From a virus (Duplodnaviria; Caudoviricetes), in IMG/VR virus record IMGVR_UViG_3300031760_000002, positions 32,001-96,000 of that record: a stretch of DNA of 64,000 nucleotides. One strand, 5' to 3'. Shown piece after piece: positions 59,637 to 64,000 of this stretch. Under the pieces are notes generated by a model, which did not search any database, was not told the DNA's origin, and saw only the letters and a program-made list of their open reading frames with translations. The first letter of the stretch is position 1. Each line of letters begins with the position of its first letter. Both the position numbers and the translations under genes were made by a program.

Positions 59637-60367
59637 TATCGTTGTTCTCCTATGTGTTGGTCTGGCAAAACCTTTCTAGACGAGAGTATGCCATATTTTT
59701 TCCTGTCGTGTAAAGCGTCAAGCGTAATCTCCCGAAGTATGGGAGACTCCATCTTGATGCCCCATTCCTCGTTCCACTCCGCATAAAACGTTGCGGCGCT
59801 CTGCCACCTTTCCTTCGAGTCCGGCTGGGCCTGCTGTATCGGAGTTGCCTGCATTTCAAAGAATTTCGTAAAAACGAAATCCCTTCTTATCGGCATTGAA
59901 AAATCGGAAAGAAAGTACCTGGTATTGTCGCAAAGGGCGCACGATTCTCCGGCGTTCCCCCCGACATGGACGAACGAAACCTGAGTCCTGCCGGACCTTA
60001 TTCTTTGGTACACGGCGTCCTTCAGAATCATTCCTGAATCTATCGGAGGGGCCCCTTCGCCAAACGGAGATCCATACTGGACTCCACCAAGTTTCACGTA
60101 GACGGCCGGCAGGAACTCCGGGTTCGACGGGTTCCAGTTCAGCTCGGAGTCTATCCATATGCCGGTCTTCTGCGGATCGGGGTCCCAGCGAACGGCCGGA
60201 GCGCCCATCACATACGGGGAATTGAACCTGTAAAATTCCCTTACAAGTTCGACGAACATCCCGTATAGAACCATGTTTGTTTTCCTGAGTTCGCAGATGA
60301 GCTCGCGTTTTGCCAGCTCGTGTACCTCATGCGTCTCATTCGTTGAAACCGGCAGTATCAGGCTCAT
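59636..60367 (-). CDS. putative tail terminator/neck protein
   Basis: Directly upstream of sheath; LPAVYVK motif. Confidence 0.6.
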   Translation of the reverse strand: MSLILPVSTNETHEVHELAKRELICELRKTNMVLYGMFVELVREFYRFNSPYVMGAPAVRWDPDPQKTGIWIDSELNWNPSNPEFLPAVYVKLGGVQYGSPFGEGAPPIDSGMILKDAVYQRIRSGRTQVSFVHVGGNAGESCALCDNTRYFLSDFSMPIRRDFVFTKFFEMQATPIQQAQPDSKERWQSAATFYAEWNEEWGIKMESPILREITLDALHDRKKYGILSSRKVLPDQHIGEQR

Positions 60368-61158
60368 TTCGACACCCCCACCGTATATGCCGGATCGGTA
60401 ACCGCTATCTCGCTGGCCACTACCGTCTGGACAAGCGGCACCCTTCTCAGCTCCGCGGAAGATTGGACCTGGGATACGTAATACCTCTTGGCCGACCTGT
60501 CGTCATGTATGATATCGTTCTTCTTGACTGGTATGCAATTTACCATCCTTATGTTGAACGACTTTTCCTCCTGCATGCCGTTTCCGTCAGCCCCCTCCTT
60601 GAGTTGGTGCTGGTTGTTTTCGGTAAACAGGCACCACACCCCGAAAGGTCCCCTGTACGCAGGGTAGAACCCGGTCCCGAGACAGTATCTGCAATGGTTG
60701 TCCCTGGAATGCCCGGTTATCGGATCTAGGCAATGCGGGCACCTTGGACCGTAGTTCGCCACGCTCCAAACCTTGCACTCGACACCAGCCATCTTGGACA
60801 TATGCAGCACTTCCCTGCGCATTATCTCCCTGGCTATCAGGAATTCGTCCCTGGAAAGATCCCCGTACGGGGTCCTGGCATCGGATTCGTAATGGCCGGA
60901 TGGCGTATCCATAACCAGTCTGAAAAAAAGCACGCTGGATTTGTTGACCCTTATGCGGTCTGGCGATTTCCATGCCATCGAGTCAACGATCTCCGGGGAT
61001 ATGTCATGCCATTCGCCCTCCTGGGACAGGGACATCTGAACCCTGTATCTCCATGGCATCGGGTCATTGAACCCTCCCCTCATGCGCCAATGGAAGGCAA
61101 AACCAGCACCGTAGTCTGGCAAAACGTCAAATCTTGCGATAGCCGGGTCTTCCTGCAT
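60364..61158 (-). CDS. putative neck/head-closure protein with Zn finger
   Basis: RCPHCLD..HCRYCLGTGF; position. Confidence 0.65.
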   Translation of the reverse strand: MQEDPAIARFDVLPDYGAGFAFHWRMRGGFNDPMPWRYRVQMSLSQEGEWHDISPEIVDSMAWKSPDRIRVNKSSVLFFRLVMDTPSGHYESDARTPYGDLSRDEFLIAREIMRREVLHMSKMAGVECKVWSVANYGPRCPHCLDPITGHSRDNHCRYCLGTGFYPAYRGPFGVWCLFTENNQHQLKEGADGNGMQEEKSFNIRMVNCIPVKKNDIIHDDRSAKRYYVSQVQSSAELRRVPLVQTVVASEIAVTDPAYTVGVSK

Positions 61159-61162
61159 GGAT

Positions 61163-61588
61163 CTACAGGGTGGCGAAACCCTGCTCCGCATTCATGGACC
61201 GTTTGTTCCAATTGACCCACTCCTTGTACTGCTGCCACAGGCTGGATCCGGCCATATCGTACTGCTGGTATTTCTCCTGGTCCTGTATCGTCAGGCCTCC
61301 GGCGCTGTACTGCAACGAGTCTCTGCGATACTTGTGGGCCGCCATAAACAAAAGGTTCGCGGCTGTTCCGGTGAGAAGCTGCGATCTGAATGGAAACTTG
61401 TCGTAGTCGTACGACCTTATATATGGCGGCTGGTCGTTCCAGAAATCTACGGTTAGGGTCATCGCCGTACGTATTTCTTCCGGCGAAAATTCGAAATCGT
61501 CCAAAAGCTTGTTGGCTTCTGGATCGTTGTCCCTAAGCCAAATCCTTACATCGAGATCCGTAAGGTATGTTTTGCTGCCCTCCGCCAT
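61163..61588 (-). CDS. putative head-tail adaptor
   Basis: Helical, WNDQPP, LQYSAGGLTI; position after capsid. Confidence 0.6.
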   Translation of the reverse strand: MAEGSKTYLTDLDVRIWLRDNDPEANKLLDDFEFSPEEIRTAMTLTVDFWNDQPPYIRSYDYDKFPFRSQLLTGTAANLLFMAAHKYRRDSLQYSAGGLTIQDQEKYQQYDMAGSSLWQQYKEWVNWNKRSMNAEQGFATL

Positions 61589-61998
61589 TATCTCATCGTA
61601 AGGCTCATTGCCTTCCCATTAGCAACCGAGTTTCCGAACATCCTGTTCCACGTGGCGTCGTCCTGGGCGGTTCTTACGGCCTTTACACGATCGTACTCCT
61701 TCGATCCGGGCCATACTACCTTCCTGCCAGGAAGCATCCATTCCAACGCTTCCCCTATCGGACCCTTGATCGGACCGGCTGGGTTGTCGTTCTTTTCCGC
61801 ATATCGGCCCCACCGTTCCCCAAGCTTGAGGGCAAGATACCCGCCGCCTAGAGCAAAAAGCCACGGTTTCAACTTCTGCCACAACGTTCTCTCGTCGTCG
61901 TACTCGGCCTGCTTACAAAAAGAAGCAACACCTTCAAGAAAGGCGTCAGGGTCCGATCTGAACGAGTCTCTGTAGGCGTCTATGGTCTTCGCGGTCAT
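61588..61998 (-). CDS. hypothetical protein with K-x-A leader
   Basis: AFLEGVASFCKQA followed by a hydrophobic segment. Confidence 0.6.
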   Translation of the reverse strand: MTAKTIDAYRDSFRSDPDAFLEGVASFCKQAEYDDERTLWQKLKPWLFALGGGYLALKLGERWGRYAEKNDNPAGPIKGPIGEALEWMLPGRKVVWPGSKEYDRVKAVRTAQDDATWNRMFGNSVANGKAMSLTMR

Positions 61999-62024
61999 GT
62001 CTTTAACCAACCAGTCAAAAGGCT

Positions 62025-62068
62025 AAAAAATCCCCCCTCGCACCGCCGCGAAGACGATGCGAGGGGGA
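62025..62068 (-). terminator. rho-independent terminator after major capsid gene
   Basis: CCCCCTCGCA/TGCGAGGGGG stem followed by a U-tract. Confidence 0.8.
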
Positions 62069-62076
62069 ACCGGTCG

Positions 62077-63051
62077 TTAGCCGTTCGAGTCTTCCTTGTC
62101 GACGTTGAACCTGGCGAGGGCCATGCCGGCGGTGTTGCCGAACGCGAAGCCACCCATCCAGTAGCTGAACATCGAGATGAAGAACGCCTCCTTCTTGACG
62201 TACATCGTCCAGTCGTCGAGATAGAAGCACTTGCCGAGGAAGTCGGGCTCCGCGAAGAAGTAGATCCAGTTCGTAGGAACCAGATGGTTCTTGATCGTGA
62301 AGAGCGTCTTGATGCCCATGATCGTGTCGGTGGTGAGGCCGTTCAGGAAGAAGTCCTGGGCCTTGTCGCCGCCGACCGCGAGGCGATCGAGCTTGAGCAG
62401 GTCGCGAGCCGTGATCTCGTTCATGAGCGCGCAGTAGTTGCGGGCGATGAACTTGCCCTCGGCGTTGCCGGACGGGAGCATCTTGGTAGCCTCCGCGAAG
62501 GTGTCGCGGTTGAGCGGATACTCGAAGTCGCGCCACTGGACCTTGCCCGAGATGTGGTTGGGCTGTCCCTCGCCGTCGGCGTCGAACACGATCGAGTTGA
62601 CCGTCTTCATGAACTTCGCGTCGATCTCGGCCAGACCGTCCTTGATGGAGTTGTCCGTGAGGATCTTGCGGATGTCCTGCTTGGTGGTGCGGAGCTCGGC
62701 GATGTCCTTGCGGAAATCGGGCGTGAGCACGCGGGCGAACGGGATGATGTACCTCGAGCTCTGGATGTACTCGCCATCCGGAACCGTCTGCAGCGGGACC
62801 CACTTCGCGGCGGGCGAATCGGGCTCGCGCTCCCACACGACCGCCAGGTCCTGGACGATGTCGTAGCGGAGCATGTCGTCCGTCGCCTTCTCGGGCGGGA
62901 GGATCTTGAACGCGAAGGAATCTTCGCGGATCTGCATCCGGGTGTAGTTGGTGGCCGCAGCCTGGGCCTTCTTCACGAAAGCCTGGTCGTCGCCGCTGTT
63001 GAGCGACTCGAGGATCTGGGCGTTGATGATGTTGACGTTCTGGGTCTCCAT
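62077..63051 (-). CDS. major capsid protein (HK97-fold)
   Basis: Strong RBS AAAGGAG, strong codon bias, own terminator; IREDSF..ILPP, AEIDAKF, C-terminal GFAFGN..GMA. Confidence 0.8.
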   Translation of the reverse strand: METQNVNIINAQILESLNSGDDQAFVKKAQAAATNYTRMQIREDSFAFKILPPEKATDDMLRYDIVQDLAVVWEREPDSPAAKWVPLQTVPDGEYIQSSRYIIPFARVLTPDFRKDIAELRTTKQDIRKILTDNSIKDGLAEIDAKFMKTVNSIVFDADGEGQPNHISGKVQWRDFEYPLNRDTFAEATKMLPSGNAEGKFIARNYCALMNEITARDLLKLDRLAVGGDKAQDFFLNGLTTDTIMGIKTLFTIKNHLVPTNWIYFFAEPDFLGKCFYLDDWTMYVKKEAFFISMFSYWMGGFAFGNTAGMALARFNVDKEDSNG

Positions 63052-63075
63052 GTTGAAGTCTCCTTTCATTCTAGG

Positions 63076-63660
63076 TTACTTGCCGCACTGGAAATCCAGG
63101 ACGCGAATCATCGCACCGGTCATCAGGCCTTCAACTGCGACTGCGTCATTGGCCCAGCGGGTATATGGTACCGCCGTGACATAGCCTACGGTGTTGGTGT
63201 TATCGGCTCCGTTGGTCGTGATGATGCCGTCCTTGACCGTGACCGCGGCGCCGATCTCGTAGTCGGCCTTCTCGTCGAACATGTCGGTCTGCCAGACGTC
63301 TCCGTCGTCCATGTGGATGCCGGTGATGGACGGACCCTTGGGACCGACCTCGGGTGCCTTGCCGAACACGTCCTTGACGGCGCCATACGCGGTAGGCTCC
63401 GCCGGAGGAACGTTCGTCGGACCGGCGCCGAGGCCGAAGAACCCGGCCATGTTGGCGGTAAGATCCTTGTATCCCTGGAGAGCCAGGTAGAGCGGCTGCA
63501 CGGAGGTATCCGTAGCGAGCTCGAACTGGTTGTTCTTGTTCACACGCACGACGCTTCCGCGCTCGATGGCCTTGTTGGCCTCGTCCGCGGCGACCACGCA
63601 GGTGCGGTCATGCTGGTCCTTATGAGGGAATCCACCCTTCTTTGGGCTGAGATGTGCCAT
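63076..63660 (-). CDS. capsid decoration/cement protein
   Basis: Directly upstream of capsid gene; TDMFD..YEIGAAVTV..G, VGYV. Confidence 0.65.
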   Translation of the reverse strand: MAHLSPKKGGFPHKDQHDRTCVVAADEANKAIERGSVVRVNKNNQFELATDTSVQPLYLALQGYKDLTANMAGFFGLGAGPTNVPPAEPTAYGAVKDVFGKAPEVGPKGPSITGIHMDDGDVWQTDMFDEKADYEIGAAVTVKDGIITTNGADNTNTVGYVTAVPYTRWANDAVAVEGLMTGAMIRVLDFQCGK

Positions 63661-63681
63661 GTTTGGTATCTCCTTTTCTTG

Positions 63682-64000
63682 TTAGTCGATTATGCCGTTG
63701 TCGGCATTGTTTCCATAGCTGCCGAACTCACGTTCCCAGGGATCCTGGGATGTGGTGGAAGCCGTTACGTTTGACCTTCCTCCGACCGACGGCGGCTGGA
63801 TCGCCGCTGCCAGCTTTTCGACAAGGTCCCATGCCTTGGATGGGTCTTCTGCGACCTTCTCCACAAGCTTGTTAACATCGTTCTTCGAAACCAATCCATT
63901 CTCTGAAAGGGTCTGGATGGCCTCGGTTGCGCGCTTTACGAAGCCGGCCTTGGAAGCGGTAGCCTCCTTGGCCGACTTCTCAAGCTTCGCGAGTCTCTCA
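63682..64000 (-). CDS. putative scaffold-like protein, 5' end outside window
   Basis: Frame open to window end: LEKSA, FVKRA, VEKVA, VEKLA; helical. Confidence 0.55.
   Translation of the reverse strand, partial: ERLAKLEKSAKEATASKAGFVKRATEAIQTLSENGLVSKNDVNKLVEKVAEDPSKAWDLVEKLAAAIQPPSVGGRSNVTASTTSQDPWEREFGSYGNNADNGIID

Noticed and set aside
37936-63774. Long plus-strand ORFs (37936..39552, 57678..59786, 62284..63774)
   Set aside because: Antisense shadows of GC3-biased structural genes.

Overview
This 64 kb window is a fragment of a large, GC-rich, contractile-tailed (myovirus-type) phage genome, probably infecting a Gram-negative host. The right ~35 kb is a minus-strand virion operon: scaffold-like fragment, decoration protein, major capsid, neck proteins, sheath, tube, spike, frameshifted tail chaperones, tape measure, baseplate, a five-member paralogous baseplate/fibre family, a GPT-collagen fibre and an S8 protease, with a sigma factor embedded. 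The middle holds a plus-strand block (primase-like protein, two glycosyltransferases, TupA-like ATP-grasp) and putative head-internal proteins rich in K-x-A motifs. The left holds an SbcC/Rad50 fragment, the terminase large subunit and an accessory region. The main finding is in that accessory region: a 590-aa TnpB/Cas12-like RuvC protein (7322-9094) with three cryptic repeat-spacer arrays (4615-4814, 6701-7336, 9124-9290). Their 21 repeats of 20-23 nt keep fixed flanks (minus strand CAAU...AAG) and a hairpin whose stem sequence covaries between copies, and they separate unique spacers of mostly 21-29 nt. This looks like a phage-encoded, tnpA-less and cas1/2-less RNA-guided system whose repeats are conserved in structure rather than sequence. 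Next to it are a ~1.1 kb hairpin-dense candidate ncRNA and an LpxR-family lipid A deacylase. All calls come from reading sequence and motifs by eye; no database search was run.
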